Of a stretch of 64,000 nucleotides of DNA, positions 24,721-39,115 are shown one piece after another (positions within the stretch are counted from its first letter, which is position 1; every line of letters begins with the position of its first letter). The translations under genes were made by a program, and so were the position numbers. This stretch comes from Octopus bimaculoides (taxonomy: Eukaryota), in the NCBI RefSeq assembly GCF_001194135.2, contig NC_068992.1, positions 15,390,805 through 15,454,804 of the forward strand, given 5' to 3'. The notes below the pieces were generated by a model. The model was given only the letters and a program-made list of their open reading frames with translations. It made no database searches and was not told the DNA's origin.

Positions 24721-26373
24721 AGTCACCCTGATTGTGCGTGAGAATTGCATTAAGGGTACACGTGTGTCTGGAATACTCTGCCACTAATATGGCATTTCAT
24801 AGAACATAGCGGTTCTGTTGTTCAAACAGCGAAACATTTCGTCTGTGGCTGGTGATTCTGACCAATATTTGTGTGCATGTGTGATTGTGTACGTACGTAT
24901 GCATATGTATGTATATATAAGCGCGTGTATATGTATACACACACACACACACACACATATATATATTTATTTATATATATATATATATATATACATATAT
25001 ATGTGTGTGTGTGTGTATATATATATGTATATATATCTGTGTGTGTGTATATATATATGCATGAACATATGTTTGTATATGTACGCGTGTCTGTGTGTCT
25101 GCCTGTATACACACACACACACACACACATATATACATGCACACACACATATCACCTTCACATTGATTGTCTCCCTTCTCTTTCCTCTCTTGTCTCCGTT
25201 CTCAATCATTCCTCAGATTGTTATTGTTCTTGCTTCCTGTCGTCTCTGAAAACCAATATTATACTCCATTCACCGTTCACTCAGAAAGTTCCTACTCCTG
25301 CTACTCCTACTCCTGCTACCCCAGTTGCAGCCTTGCGGCAGCAGTGGCGGTGGTGATGGTTGCACAAAACACGCAGTCACACACACACACACACACACTC
25401 ACCTAACATACAACACCCACACATGTTTTCTCTCGAAGACGTTGAAATGTTAAAAAAAAAACGGGAAGGAAATAAAACCAATAAAGAACTAAAATACAAA
25501 TACACACACACACATATATATATATATATACACACACAGACACACACATATATATACACTACATCCGTACCACTTATCTNNNNNNNNNNNNNNNNNNNNN
25601 NNNNNNNNNNNNNNNNNNNNNNNNNNNNNNNNNNNNNNNNNNNNNNNNNNNNNNNNNNNNNNNNNNNNNNNNNNNNNNNNNNNNNNNNNNNNNNNNNNNN
25701 NNNNNNNNNNNNNNNNNNNNNNNNNNNNNNNNNNNNNNNNNNNNNNNNNNNNNNNNNNNNNNNNNNNNNNNNNNNNNNNNNNNNNNNNNNNNNNNNNNNN
25801 NNNNNNNNNNNNNNNNNNNNNNNNNNNNNNNNNNNNNNNNNNNNNNNNNNNNNNNNNNNNNNNNNNNNNNNNNNNNNNNNNNNNNNNNNNNNNNNNNNNN
25901 NNNNNNNNNNNNNNNNNNNNNNNNNNNNNNNNNNNNNNNNNNNNNNNNNNNNNATATATATATATATATATATCTTGAGGCCGTAATTAAATTTCATGTT
26001 GGTCTTTTATTTACTAGCCAATGAAATAACACAGCATATGTATGATCTTTGTGGCTGTTGGTTTTATTTTTCATTTTTTAATTCTGGGTGTATTTTGTTG
26101 TTCCGCTTTCGACTTTTCTTTATTTCTAAAAAAAAAAAAAAAAAAATGTTTCCGAATCGTAATAGGGTGATTCCATATCACATTTATTAGTAAGGATCAT
26201 CACTTTTGACTTCGATTTCATAAAATGAATTCAAACTTGGTCATGTCTATTGACCGCCGACTTACTTTTATAACTTACAATTGAAGTGTGACGAAACGAA
26301 ATATTGAGAGAACGATTAGACACTCTGTAATGATACCATATTAACCTATGATCGTTTCTAAAATTCTTTCTAA

Positions 26374-26581
26374 TATAGGCACAAGACTTGAAACTTTGAG
26401 TATAGGAGCTAGTCGAATATATCGACCCCAGTGATCAAATGGTACTTATTTTATTGACCCCAAAAGACAAAGTCGACCGACCTCGGCAGCATTTAAATGT
26501 AAAATATTAAATATAAAGACGAGCAAAATGCCACTGAGCACTTTGTCCAGCGAGCGAATGATTATGCCAGTTCGTCACCAT
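26374..26581 (-). mobile_element. Group A SINE
   Basis: GGCACAAG...ATCGACCCCAGTG...GGTACTTATTTTATTGACCCC...GACCTCGGC...TGCCAGTTCGTCACC. Confidence 0.85.
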
Positions 26582-26699
26582 TCGTCGGTACAAAACTACT
26601 TGATATTTATGAACCAATTCGTCATCCTATACGTGATCACTTAATCTGTTAAGAGCGGTTTCAAATATATATTGCATCGACTATACATGTTACTCGTAA

Positions 26700-26895
26700 C
26701 AACCAGGGAATTTGCCGTTCATCGATCGGTCTGCATAACATATCAACCAACTAGCCTTGAAAACACATTCTACAAAGCTAGTTTGGACAATGTAGTCTTT
26801 GGACATACAGTTAGATTGGATGGTCATATCTTCAGTCCAAGGCCTCCTCGTAAAGTGATGACATGGTTGTAAACAACAACAACCACAACAATAAT
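26700..26895 (+). mobile_element. Possible RTE-like LINE 3' relic
   Basis: The ORF contains VFGHTVRLDG (cf. RWFGHVxR) and is followed directly by an (AAC)n tail. Only a weak motif match. Confidence 0.4.
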
Positions 26896-27899
26896 GTGTA
26901 TCATTGATTCTATGCCATTTTCGTGTTGAGAGGCCTCTCCTGCAAAATATATTGTGTCTCATAATGTCTTTGACAATAAAATATAATATCAATCTGCTTA
27001 TCTATTATTTTTTTTTTAAATCCTGAATCTGAAAATATCTTCGTGATGACTGACCTGCTTACACGAGATTGTGTTTATCTGGCTGTTGATATTGGGTTTC
27101 TATGGCGGACACCATTTTAATATGATTACCACAAGGATAGATACTGCTCTAAGAATAGCCACAACTCGTGTCCTAAACAATTTGGTAACAATGGGTAATA
27201 CAGTGTAGTTTGTGTGCAGCGATAATAGATATATAATAGCAGATATTCTATAAAAATACGGTTCGAGATAGATCTATTTACATTGAATAATAAAGAATAC
27301 AAGATCTGTAAGATAATCACCAGAGCACTGATGTAGTTGATACTGATTCGTTAATATAATACCTTCGTAGAGAGTTGACCGCTATGCAGTATCAGTTTCC
27401 ATTGGTCTGTACATATGAAACCGTGTTTATAAATTAGAGATCATTCTAAACCCGCAAAGTGATAAACATATTGATAGATTGACTGATGAACAGATTGCTG
27501 ATTAACTGTAAATTTAAACAGAGTTACAAATACACCGACGCACGAACAGGTATAATCTGGTTGGCTTCCAAACCCGAAGCTTTCTATTAACTGGTATCCC
27601 TTATGTTAACCTGTATCCCATACGATAACAGAATCTTTCCGAAGAGATACGTATTTAGATTATAAACAGTTTTCTTTATTGTTTTGTTGGTATCACACTA
27701 TCTTTGTAGTTTTAGTTGAATACTTTGTTGGAGGAAGTCCATTTTTTGGAAGGTTATTAAAACTTACATGAGACTGTTTGAGCACTCTAGTCTATGTAGC
27801 TAAATTAAAAATAACCTCGTGTTTCGATTAGGACCGCTACACTTCCACAGGTAACTTTTCTAAAAGACTTATTCAGCTAATTCAATTGTTAGTGTCATC

Positions 27900-28082
27900 A
27901 TTACATTAATCGAACAGAGCGGAGTGAACGATGTGATCGCTGAGTATCGACAGCGCAAGTTCCACTGAGCTAGAAATGTTGCAAGATTTACAAATAACTG
28001 GTGGACCTGTGCAATTAATGAGTCCAAAAAATCGGAAAAGGCAACTTGGAGGGCGTCCACGACGACGGGAAGATTTAGTTAA
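27900..28082 (+). mobile_element. RTE-clade LINE C-terminal relic
   Basis: EQSGVNDVIAEYRQRKFH*ARNVARFTNNWWT, a frameshift, then RKRQLGGRPRRREDL, resembling the RTE end motif RWAGHVAR...RWT...KRPxGRPxxRW. Confidence 0.7.
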
Positions 28083-28439
28083 TCCTTCATTGATACTTAT
28101 TTACTCGTCCACAAAATTATAGAAAGCAATGGTAATCCCAGTGTGATTATAAGGTGGTACCTTAATAGAGCAAATATATTTTACCGATTCACTTTTTTGA
28201 TTCTATTAAGCACCATATTTTTTATCTGAATTATTGAGTTCTGTCTTTGAAGCAATGCTATGTATTGAGCAAGAATACGTAAAGGTGTTTAATAGATTTA
28301 AACAAACTGGACCAGAAGGCCAAAAACCAACCTCGATGGAAAGGAAATTAAATGCATGAAACAAGAGTAGAATTTAGACAATGTAGATGTTGAGCTAATG
28401 AAAATAAAATAAAATTAAAAAAATGGACGGGCTTCAAAT

Positions 28440-28780
28440 CATTTATAAAATAGTCATACATAAGTGATTATAAAATATATATCAATAAATTAAACGGGAA
28501 AACGGAAAATGAGGAACGCGAGAGTTCCTACTAATGCTTCAAAGATTGGTAGATATCCTGAAAGCTCATACTGTAAAGTCACGGATAAAAGAAAGGAAAA
28601 TCCGAGATGAATTTCCTGGCCCTAAAAATGGATTAAAAGTACCTCAGTAAATTAGTAATACTATTTTAAAGACCTCGTATGGTAGAAAGGTAAAAATTAC
28701 ACTAGCGAAAATAGGAAATTAACCTTATAACATAAAGGGCGAGAATAACTAAATACTGCAATGGAATTGGGCCCGAGGCT
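28440..28780 (+). mobile_element. Possible very old Penelope RT relic
   Basis: GLKVPQ*ISNTILKT loosely resembles PLE GLPKxHKS, and a later IGP resembles RPIxAGP. Heavily disrupted. Confidence 0.25.
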
Positions 28781-29285
28781 CACTCGAGTTTGACATTTGC
28801 CACATTAAAATATTTCGAGTTTGACATTTATCTGATAAATGGTATTTCTGGATATTCCATTTGAAACAGATAAAACTCAGACTATACTTTTAAACAATGA
28901 AACAGGATTACTTCCTACGTGGCATAAAAATAAAGACACACATAAACTGCATTTTACTGTATGTTCACCTAATTAACTAATCATATCCGAGGGAAAAAAA
29001 TTATTTAATCTAACTGTGAAGTAATTATGAGGTTGAAATCCCAAGTTAACAGAAGAACGTGTGTTTATGATGATTTTGATATTTTAAAAAAACTGGGACT
29101 GCTCATTATTTCAGAACGTAAGTGGATTCGTTTACAAGATTTAATGTAGGCAGTGTCGCTTTTGCTTTCCTTCGTGTGTGTGTGTGTGTGTGTGTTTGTG
29201 TGACTATATATACACACACACACACACACATATATATCTTTCTCACTTGCTCACTCATACACACAACCGCTGTCTAATTATCTGT

Positions 29286-29321
<36 letters not shown>

Positions 29322-30142
29322 NNNNNNNNNNNNNNNNTATATGTATATATATATATATATACATTTATATATATAAATATGTATATATATATATTTATAT
29401 ATATATATATATATATAAATATATATATGTAACTATATATATATATTTATATATGTAACTATATCCACATGTACTTATACATATATGCGTGTGAATGTAT
29501 ATGTATATATACATATGTGTGTATATGTGTATATATATATGTGTGCGTCAGCGTACATAGTTATACGTTTTTAATCATTTAATCTCTTATGAACGTTAGT
29601 CTTTAGACTCAGCCATACTGGGGCATCTGTCTACTTTATTTTCTTTCATCTTAACTTCCATTCTCTCTCTCTCTCTCTCTCCTTCTTTCTCTCCCCTCTC
29701 TCTCTCCCTATCAATCCATCTATGTATCTCTCTTATATCGAGAAATTCGTTAGTAATGTTAGGTCACATAATACAGGGATTTTCAAACTGACAGAAAATA
29801 TTATCCACCATTAAAACCAGCGGCACCACCAGCCTCATCATTTCCATCACCACCATCATCGCCATCACAACCGCCACCACCTCCACCACTGCTAACATAT
29901 TGTAAAGTCTAAGAAACTAATGAAACATTCCTTACATTTTACCATTTCTAACCTTGCTTAAGGGCCATATTGTTCTTTACTCGGCATTACCTAATCGTGA
30001 TAAATAAACCAAAACAACGAGAGATCCTTCACCCGGGAGTTCTCCATAGTTCGATTGAGGAAAATATGTGTTTTTGTCGCTTCTAGAAAACTGACCAATC
30101 ATATAAAAGTTTCTTTGCTCACATGATATGAAGGAGAACGAC

Positions 30143-30364
30143 ATTGGTTCCAAATTTTCAAACAAGGCCAACAATTTCTGGGTTGTAGACTAAGTCGATT
30201 GCATCGATCCAAGTACGGCTCAGCTACTACATATTTTATAGGTTCCGAAATTATGAAAGGCAAAGTCACGCTTAGCGGTATTTGAACTCAGAACATAAAG
30301 ACGGACGAAATGCCATTAAGCATTTTGTCCGACGTGCTAATGATTCTGCCAGCTCACCGCCTTA
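30143..30364 (-). mobile_element. Group A SINE
   Basis: GAAAGGCAAAGTC...ATTTGAACTCAGAAC..AAAGACGGACGAAATGCC...GATTCTGCCAGCTCACCGCC. Confidence 0.88.
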
Positions 30365-30999
30365 CCGAAGCTATAGATATCGACATTTGACCAGGATGCC
30401 ACGCAGTGGAATCGAAAGCTCGAACATAGGAGTGAGCTTTTCAACCATTCGGCCATATTGCGTCTATGAATCTTACGTTTAAGATTCGAAAAGATTTTTT
30501 AAAAACAATAAAAATAGCAATATATAAGATTCGTTGAATGATTTCTTTTATTTACTGAGAATAAAACGTGAAACATGATCGAAAAGATGTCATACAAAAT
30601 GCGTAGCTATATTGAGTTACGCTCCTTCATTTTCAGAATTAAAATCCCTTTGCGGTTGTCTTTGTCTTCGATATTTCATTGAGTGATTCAATTCAAAAGA
30701 TGCCAACCGAGAAATGTATTTATATCAACAAACATCTTTTCTCGAATGTGTGACCTGTCAAAGCTTGTCATTCTAGCTGTCAGAAATATGTGTCCCTGAT
30801 TAGTCCATTGGAAAACTGTAACCAACGATATCGTTGCTTGAATATTTTGATATTATCATTAAGTACTTCACTCCCAATGGACCATACACAATCGACGAAT
30901 TCTCTCCATTCTTCTGGATTCTAAGTTGTCATTTTCTCTTCCAATGTTTGTTTGTTTTGCATTGTCATTGATGCTTCTATAGCATTGTGGTTTTTTTTT

Positions 31000-31190
31000 T
31001 TCTATGTGGGAGTTTTGACTCTTTGCAAACCCTTTTTAACTCGGGAACGAGATGGTCCATATTAGTCTGGTTTCTACCCTGTGATATATCCTATATGGGA
31101 GGCCTTACGAGGTTCTTGCGGTCTGCTGGGATTGCCCTTAGAGTTATTGTGACTTCCAAGCCACTTCACTGCAACAAGGAGTGTATCTTG
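31000..31190 (-). mobile_element. Degenerate RTE-type 5' UTR fragment
   Basis: The + strand 'agtctggtttctaccctgtgatatatcctatatgggaggccttacgagg...gggattgcccttagagttattgtgacttccaagccacttcactgcaacaagg' resembles the reverse complement of RTE 5' UTRs as I recall them. Not searched. Confidence 0.4.
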
Positions 31191-31557
31191 TTAGGGAACA
31201 TTATGATATAAAATGAATAAAAATATTCATTAAAGCAGAAGTAAATGTGAGTGATCAGGTTGCTAAGTGAGTCTAATTAACATTGTTTGGTCGTGCAATT
31301 GGTTCTCGGATTAGTTTCCGAGTTGTGTCAATGAGAAAGACAGTTTATTTCACGTTGATCTAGTACATTCAATTGAAAATGAGTACCATTGGAAAATGAG
31401 GATCTACACTATGTTGGACTGATATCCTGTTAAAGGGAAATGGGTCTTTTACTTGCAAATTTGGAGATCCGAAAATCCTATCTCATATGGCTAAAGGTGT
31501 GAGCCATTAAAATAAAACGATCAAGCTATACTAGATGTGTAACTGTAATTCCTACAG

Positions 31558-31707
31558 GTCACAAGGAGAACGAAATACCAGGTATAAGAAAAAGGGAAAC
31601 CTCTAGCATTCGGCATCACTGGACCGGAAGATACACAGTCAGAAGGCGCCGGCATCGTGATGGTTATCATCGGAATCGGATGAAAGGAATATCATACATT
31701 GCAAGCC
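31558..31707 (+). other. Candidate exon (150 bp, or 24 bp with donor at 31582)
   Basis: tgtaattcctacag|G; donors CAG|gtataa (31582) or GCC|gtaagc (31708). Phase-1 frame open throughout (HKENEIPGIRKRE...). Confidence 0.25.
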
Positions 31708-34085
31708 GTAAGCAAAATATTGAATATAAATATATATANNNNNNNNNNNNNNNNNNNNNNNNNNNNNNNNNNNNNNNNNNNNNNNNNNNNNNNNNNNNNN
31801 NNNNNNNNNNNNNNNNNNNNNNNNNNNNNNNNNNNNNNNNNNNNNNNNNNNNNNNNNNNNNNNNNNNNNNNNNNNNNNNNNNNNNNNNNNNNNNNNNNNN
31901 NNNNNNNNNNNNNNNNNNNNNNNNNNNNNNNNNNNNNNNNNNNNNNNNNNNNNNNNNNNNNNNNNNNNNNNNNNNNNNNNNNNNNNNNNNNNNNNNNNNN
32001 NNNNNNNNNNNNNNNNNNNNNNNNNNNNNNNNNNNNNNNNNNNNNNNNNNNNNNNNNNNNNNNNNNNNNNNNNNNNNNNNNNNNNNNNNNNNNNNNNNNN
32101 NNNNNNNNNNNNNNNNNNNNNNNNNNNNNNNNNNNNNNNNNNNNNNNNNNNNNNNNNNNNNNNNNNNNNNNNNNNNNNNNNNNNNNNNNNNNNNNNNNNN
32201 NNNNNNNNNNNNNNNNNNNNNNNNNNNNNNNNNNNNNNNNNNNNNNNNNNNAGGAATAGCAGTAATTATAACAACAACACCAACAATAATAATAATGATT
32301 ATAATAATAATGCATATATACGTATGCACATATATGTATATATATATATACACACATGTATGTGTGTACACACACACACACATATATATATGTATGTGTG
32401 CGTACACATACATACACACGTACATGCATAAATTCACAGGTACGTACATGCATATATTCATAGGTACGTACATGCATATATTCATACACACATATGCATA
32501 CATATATTCAGACAAACGTCCATAATACATACATACATACATACATACATACGCGCATGCATACATACATATATATATAATCTGCTTTGTACATGCTTCA
32601 ATTTGCGTTCTTTAGAATTTTACTGTTTATTCTGGCACATCTGCTACATTAAGATGCCAGATGCTGCGATATTGGCGAAACTAAAATGTCATGAATCACA
32701 GCATATATTAAGCAGGTTCTTTCACGCGATAAAAGAAAATACAGCGATGATATCCGCTAAAAGCGACAATCGAATAAAGAATCAGAAGAATATGAAAGAT
32801 AGGTGCCAAAATGTATCTTTGAATATTTTTATTTCTATTCTAGATTTTTCTTTCTTTTTTTTTTTCTTTTTTTTGTTTTTGTTTGTTATTGTTTCCGTTA
32901 GAGATAGTGACTTTTTCTGTTCTGAAGTTCTAGGAGGATGATTTTTATAAAGCATGTAAATAGAGATAAAAAAAAAAAGGACCAAACCTGAAAATATGAA
33001 ATAGACGTTTTCAAACGAATATACTTGTGGCATGATGCACAGATACACTCGTACACACTCACATACGATCTCACATATGGACACGTGTATCGTGTATTTG
33101 ATGGCATAAAATGCGCACGTTCATATCAGACGCTGTCCAATTTCAGCAGGGCATGTTCAGGAAAAAAAACATGTCTATAGTAGCCATTAAAGACGGAAAC
33201 AGCCATAGAGATGAATATTAATTTGTACATCCACCTTTACTTGGATGTGCTGTTAAGAACGCCGATGTCTACAGTAATTGTCCGATGTAATTATCTCGTG
33301 TAGACGTTTGGTGCTTAAAGGCACAGACTATATTGGTTGATGAAATCTCGTTAGCATCTCCAGATGGGTTTGTTGTATCACATGATTTCAGCGTGAATTG
33401 TGCATCATAAGTAGCAGGTATCGAAGCTTCGAATGTCCTATCGAAAATTTATGAGACCGATATCATAAAATGCTTTGAGTGCACGTTGCTGATGATATGC
33501 AATTTATCATGTGATACAGCTATCCTACCCGTGGGCGTTGACGAAATTTCGTTCGCTGATATAATCTGTGCTGTTTTAGTACTTAACGTCTATACGAAAT
33601 TATTTCTACGGACGATTACCGCAGTTTACGGCGTCCTTAACCACACATCTTTGTTAAGTTGGATGTCAAAATGAATATTCGTAACAAAGACTGATTTCAT
33701 CGCTAACTACTAACTGAATATTCAACGCTGAAAAGAGAAATAAAACAGCGTTTCAACTCTGTGTGAGTGTATGTGTGCGTGTAAAGGGAAGTATGTGAAT
33801 GTTTGTATCCGGGATGATTATGTACCTTATTAATATATAACATACTACAATCAGCCTTCATTTTTAACGGCACGACGCCAGCTAGTAGCTAAGAAATTCG
33901 GTTGTCTGACATGAAATCCAGGGATCGTACCTGCTATGTGGCATTTTGCATAAATGTCATTTTCTACACACTTCTGACAACCCATAACTTATGCGAGCGA
34001 TAACGGGTAGACGATAATTCTACAGAAGCGCGCCAGGTAGATTTTACCTGTAATTCAAATATATATGTATGTATACACACACACA

Positions 34086-34123
<38 letters not shown>

Positions 34124-34560
34124 NNNNNNNNNNNNNNNNNNNNNNNNNNNNNNNNNNNNNNNNNNNNNNNNNNNNNNNNNNNNNNNNNNNNNNNNNNNNN
34201 NNNNNNNNNNNNNNNNNNNNNNNNNNNNNNNNNNNNNNNNNNNNNNNNNNNNNNNNNNNNNNNNNNNNNNNNNNNNNNNNNNNNNNNNNNNNNNNNNNNN
34301 NNNNNNNNNNNNNNNNNNNNNNNNNNNNNNNNNNNNNNNNNNNNNNNNNNNNNNNNNNNNNNNNNNNNNNNNNNNNNNNNNNNNNNNNNNNNNNNNNNNN
34401 NNNNNNNNNNNNNNNNNNNNNNNNNNNNNNNNNNNNNNNNNNNNNNNNNNNNNNNNNNNNNNNNNNNNNNNNNNNNNNNNNNNNNNNNNNNNNNNNNNNN
34501 NNNNNNNNNNNNNNNNNNNNNNNNNNNNNNNNNNNNNNNNNNNNNNNNNNNNTATATATA

Positions 34561-34596
<36 letters not shown>

Positions 34597-35923
34597 TGTA
34601 TGTATGTATGTATGATTAACCGTTCAGCCTGATAAAATGAAAGAGCTGCTTGCGTACAGGCACTACTACTCACACGGAGGGAATACATGCTCACAGACAT
34701 ACGGAGGTATACATACATATATTTATAAAGCTGCGTGTGTATGTGCTCATATTTGCGTCTATGTATGTATGAGAGAGAGAGAGAGAGTGAGAGAGTGAGA
34801 CAGAGAGAGAGAGAGAAAGAGAGATAGAAAGAGAGAGACAAAGAGAGAGAGAAAGGAACGGAAAAAATCTGCGTTTATTTTTGGCAAGCTTTCCAAATAT
34901 TTTGCACAATTTGCAAAACTCTTGCGCACCTTTGCAAAATGTCATCGCTGAATCAGCAACATTAAGTTTTCTTCAAGATATATATTTATAAAATGTTTTA
35001 CGTGCTGGGCATCGAAAGTAAATACACATTCCCTCATTCCAAAAATACAGGAACTAATTTTATTGGAACACACATACACACACGCACGCACACACGCACA
35101 TTCCTATATCCATCTGTTTCTAGCTCATTGTAGTAGGTTGTTTGACCTGGTAGAAATTGTACCCAAATATTCCTCACATCCAATTTTACAGTCTTAAACA
35201 GATATATTTCCATGGTTTATAACGTCAATTTCCCAACTGACTAGTTTCGGGCTTGACTCCTATTGCGTAGTACCTACAGATGGGACTGTTGTATCACATG
35301 ATTTTAGCGTAAATTTCGCTTCATCAGCAGCAGACATCTAAGCTTCGAACATGCCAACAAAAATTGATGCAACCGACGTTTCGGATCAGTCAAAGCCTTC
35401 TAAACGGAATGTGGTTCACGCATACATTTTTGAAAGTACTTCAAGGCAAAACATGGCTGGTATTTGATGTGAGACTTGAACCGCCGCCTGGTTTAAACTT
35501 AGCTACAGGTCCTTGGGTGTTTTAATGGCGTCCACTCTGTTGTAAACATTCGGAGCAGGTCAATACTTTCAGTATAATTCCCTCCATCAGTTACAAAATC
35601 ACTTTAATGTGTCTCGGTTGTTTCTCTTTCGCTTCTATATAACAAATCAACACATTTTAAAAACAAACTTTTTCATCTTTTATCTTTTACTTGTTTCAGT
35701 CATTGCACAGCAGACATGCTGGGTCACCATTTTGGAGCATTTTAATCGAACAAATCGACCTCCAGTATATATCGTTTTTTCTTTGTTTTGTTTTTTTAAT
35801 CTCGTTCTTTTTCTATCGGTCTCTTTTACTGTTACCGATTTGCTCGGACACGGGGACATAAAAAGGACGTAAACAAACCAACGCCCCTTTTCAAGTAGTA
35901 TTTGGAACAAACGCAAATACACA

Positions 35924-35989
<66 letters not shown>

Positions 35990-35990
<1 letters not shown>

Positions 35991-36132
35991 GACGGACTTC
36001 CATAGTTTTCGTCTACAAATTTCACTCACAAGGCCCAGGTTTATAACAAAAGATTTTTCCCTAGTTGCCACACAGTAGAACTGAACTCGAAACCATGTGT
36101 TTGCAAACAAAGCTTCTTAACCTCACAGCTAT
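35990..36132 (-). mobile_element. Group B SINE head
   Basis: GACGGACTTCC..AGTTTTCGTCTAC...TTCACTCACAAGG...GAACTGAACTCGAAACCATGTG...AAGCTTCTTAAC. Confidence 0.7.
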
Positions 36133-36574
36133 ACCAAAGAATAAATATATAAATGCGGAATAGTCACAGATGGAACGCCTTTGATAGCTGACAGGAAGTT
36201 AAGCAACATCAATTACGACAACAAAGAAATATGTCATCACTTAAATCGAATAAAGATGATTTGAATCCCAAATACAATAAAAGGTCGGCTGCTTCATTTG
36301 AAAGTAATGCTGAGAATATTATGATAAAAAGCATTGCGGATTAAGTCTGGTCTTTGACGGTATGGCGATAATGCCTGACAAGTTCGTGTCTCATGATATT
36401 CAATTCAATCAATGAATTACCATTTTCTGGAATAATAGTCTGGGTCTTCCGCAATTTCATCAATGTTTAGAATGGTGTTCAGACATGTGATTGATCAATT
36501 TGACTTCATTAACATTCTTATACAACCGCGATAAAAATGATATTTCCATGGTGAAAATTATTATTCATGTAGAC

Positions 36575-36821
36575 CCTGGTTTTCAACCAGGGTCCACATC
36601 ACCCTTGGGAGTTCCTATAAGATTTTATTGTTAAAATTTATGTGCAATAAATCAGTTATTCTCTTATAATGCAAATATATTTTAACAATTCTTTATAGAA
36701 TTTCTAATATTTAGTTATAAAATTTTTATTGCATTTTTAAAACATCGAACGGTTTTGAGGATCCATCTGAGTAAAATACGAATCCAAGGGGTCCATAGAT
36801 GAAAATGGTTGAGAATCACCG
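36575..36821. mobile_element. hAT (Charlie-like) MITE
   Basis: TIRs CCTGGTTTTCAACC ... GGTTGAGAATCACCG. 8 bp flanks ATGTAGAC (36567-36574) and ATTTAAAC (36822-36829) match at 6/8. Confidence 0.7.
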
Positions 36822-37398
36822 ATTTAAACCTTTGGAAAGATGATAAATATGCCAATACGTTCTAACTTTTATACAAGGTCAGAAATTTTGGATAGTGAAG
36901 TTACTAGAAAGCTCACTTGCTATGTCACGCTGGGTAAACATTTACTGAATTACTTTGAATCTGGCTGTTGTGAAAATAAATAAAATGACGTAGCAACCAG
37001 AAAGTTTGCAACTATATGCATAGATCTGTGGATAAGGCTTGTTACATGTGACTCGCGGAGTATAAGCACTGTGAAATGTCGCCTTTCAGTAAGTAAATTT
37101 AGGTCCCAGTGCTGCAGCAAGTATTGTATAGTTACTATATTTCGTACATTTGAAACAATCCAACGCATAGAAATGAATAAATTACATAATGGATGATGTA
37201 ATAGAAGTTATGAAACCCAGAACAGACAATATACGAAGTAACATATTCCTCATTTGCCTAATTGTTCAATAAACAGAATGGCGCTGTGGAAGTACGATGC
37301 GCCCATGACAAAGCGGTCCGTAGGTCGAAGATATTCACTGCGACATCTATTTTTGATATTTAATTATCGCATATGATTAATCTATAAATATACCAACC

Positions 37399-37433
<35 letters not shown>

Positions 37434-37537
37434 ATATATATATAAATTAAAAACGTAAAATTAAAACAGAACACAATGGATTCCGCGGTACACGTGTTAC
37501 AAGCTTTATACACAAACAGTCGTTGCATCATTATATG

Positions 37538-37575
<38 letters not shown>

Positions 37576-38874
37576 CATGTATATATGTATGTATTATCAT
37601 ATATATCTTGAAAACACTATATCTGGAAAAATTGATGGGGTGGGTTAGGATTTGAGTGGAGTTTGGTTACTCATTCTCGAGCATGTACAGTTGAACGAAC
37701 TCTTACATGCTCTCATACGTGCTGGTCTGTCTATAATTGTTTATTTTGCTGACTTTGAATGTAATATTCGCAGCTGTTGATGAGTTGAATTCGTTAACAG
37801 AACAGGGATGCTATTCCTGTCTCGGATTTCTTCGTGAGAATGAACGGGTTTAGGAATCTTAATGCTTGCTTTACTGTATTATTTCTGTTTTGACTTTTTT
37901 GTCTTCTTTTATCGTTTAATTTTCCAAACATCCTTCTAGTTGAATATCGCTATTTTGGTTGTTTACACAAAATCTTATTTAGTTTATATTAAATACGACG
38001 ACCGTATCTCATTTGACTGAAGCAAAGTTAATTATAAACTGTTTTAAAGGTTTCCATATCTTAGGATTATTCATGTTTATTTCTCCACATCATTCTAAAG
38101 AATTCATTCATTAATATTCATTCAATCATTCATTCATTTCTAGGTAATGCAAAAATAGTATTGTTCAACAGTCAACTTACTGATTTTTCTATTTTCATTC
38201 AATTCTTTCTTTTTCATTTCTGTCTTTCTAGCATTTGAATATTTTGTGAAATTATATGATTTTTTTATTATGGTTATTTAGCTTAACCATCATAATTTTC
38301 GAGCAATACATAAATAAATAAAATTTAATATTACTTTAAAATTCGTGAAAAGATATTCTTACTTTGGGCATAAATATTAAGTACGTGACATTAATTTTGT
38401 AAAAATACATATAATATAACCAAACTAGTTTGTTAAGATAGGTTAATAATCATAGCACGTGTGATAATCACACACAATCATTGCATTTCAATATAATTTC
38501 CAGTTCTGTAATGATCTGATATACCTCACGCCCAACGGTGATTCAACATGAATGATGTAATTATTCAGAAATATCGGATCGTCTATGAAATAGTGTATCT
38601 ACGTTGTCTTTAAAATTACAAATTTATATATGGTATATATATATATATAAAGAGAGAGAGAGAGAAAACGACTTATATATACCCTAAATTAGCTCTTATT
38701 TCTAACAATGTAGGTGTTTTGTAACAACCTAATCATATTTAGCGACAATTATAATTCTCCTCTGACGTAGCGGACAGAGACAACACAACAACAGGATTTT
38801 TCGCTTAGTACACATGATAATGTCCTATTTCCCGATTGGAGGCAGATGTCTTAATGGTGTTGCACTTGTGATCA

Positions 38875-39115
38875 TGAAATAGCGGTTGTGATGTTACACT
38901 TATATTCGTAAGATTGTGGCCTCGATTACTAGACCAGTTGGTCCGTCGTGTTCTTGAGCAAAATTCTTCATTTCATATCGCTCCAGTCCATTCTGCTGGC
39001 AAAAATGAGTAATCCTGTGAGGGACAGGCGCCACATCCAAGAGGGGATGTGTGCACTAGAGTATCCAGGAAAACGGCCTTTTGAATCTATGGCTCGGAAA
39101 AGACCTTTTGTTATG
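38875..39115 (+). mobile_element. Degenerate CORE-like SINE carrying tail B
   Basis: GTGTTCTTGAGCAAAA..CTTCATTTCA..GCTCCAGTCCA..GCTGGCAAAAATGAGTA core-like segment, followed by CCTGTGAGGGACAGGCGCCACATCCAAGAGGGG, which is similar to the tail of the 60165 copy. Confidence 0.65.
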
